Source of the DNA: Mobula hypostoma
Lineage: Eukaryota
Direction: 5' to 3'
Assembly (NCBI RefSeq): GCF_963921235.1
Contig: NC_086108.1
Location: 46,254,001 to 46,318,000, forward strand
DNA: 64,000 nt
Every line of letters starts with the position of its first letter. The first letter of the stretch is position 1. Under the pieces are notes generated by a model. That model did no database searches. It saw nothing but the letters and a program-made list of their open reading frames with translations, and was not told the origin of the DNA. This document shows, piece by piece, positions 63,913-64,000 of this stretch. Both the position numbers and the translations under genes were made by a program.

Positions 63913-64000
63913 TATTATATCTGAACAGTTATTATGGGTTGACCTATCTGTAATAATGGAGCAGTTGTAACTTGTGGAACTCTTGACTCTAAAACTGGAT

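Overview
Vertebrate genomic DNA, repeat-rich. The repeat families resemble those of a cartilaginous fish such as a ray or shark; this is inferred from family recognition only. Two host genes lie on the minus strand. (1) A complete selectin gene reconstructed exon by exon from 60531 down to 18242: ATG-only first coding exon, signal-peptide exon, C-type lectin, EGF, five 186-bp sushi/SCR exons, transmembrane exon and a short cytoplasmic exon. Every junction is GT-AG and in frame, giving 1626 nt and 541 aa. (2) The first coding exon of a PHPT1/Janus-family 14 kDa phosphohistidine phosphatase in a CpG island (4752-4983), with a possible mitochondrial presequence; its remaining exons were not found in the window. 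Most other sequence is transposon-derived: CR1, Rex1/Babar, L1 and RTE LINEs, a BEL/Pao remnant, a decayed full Gypsy (Mag-like) element, five solo LTRs with TSDs, a Tc1 element, and Penelope-derived fold-back elements carrying minimal hammerhead ribozyme motifs. The most notable points are non-canonical Ca2+/sugar-binding motifs in the selectin lectin domain (EPT/WNN instead of EPN/WND), recent tandem amplification of its sushi exons, a 1.4-kb hammerhead-bearing palindromic element in its intron, and the candidate mitochondrial PHPT1-like protein. No prokaryote-type system such as CRISPR is present.
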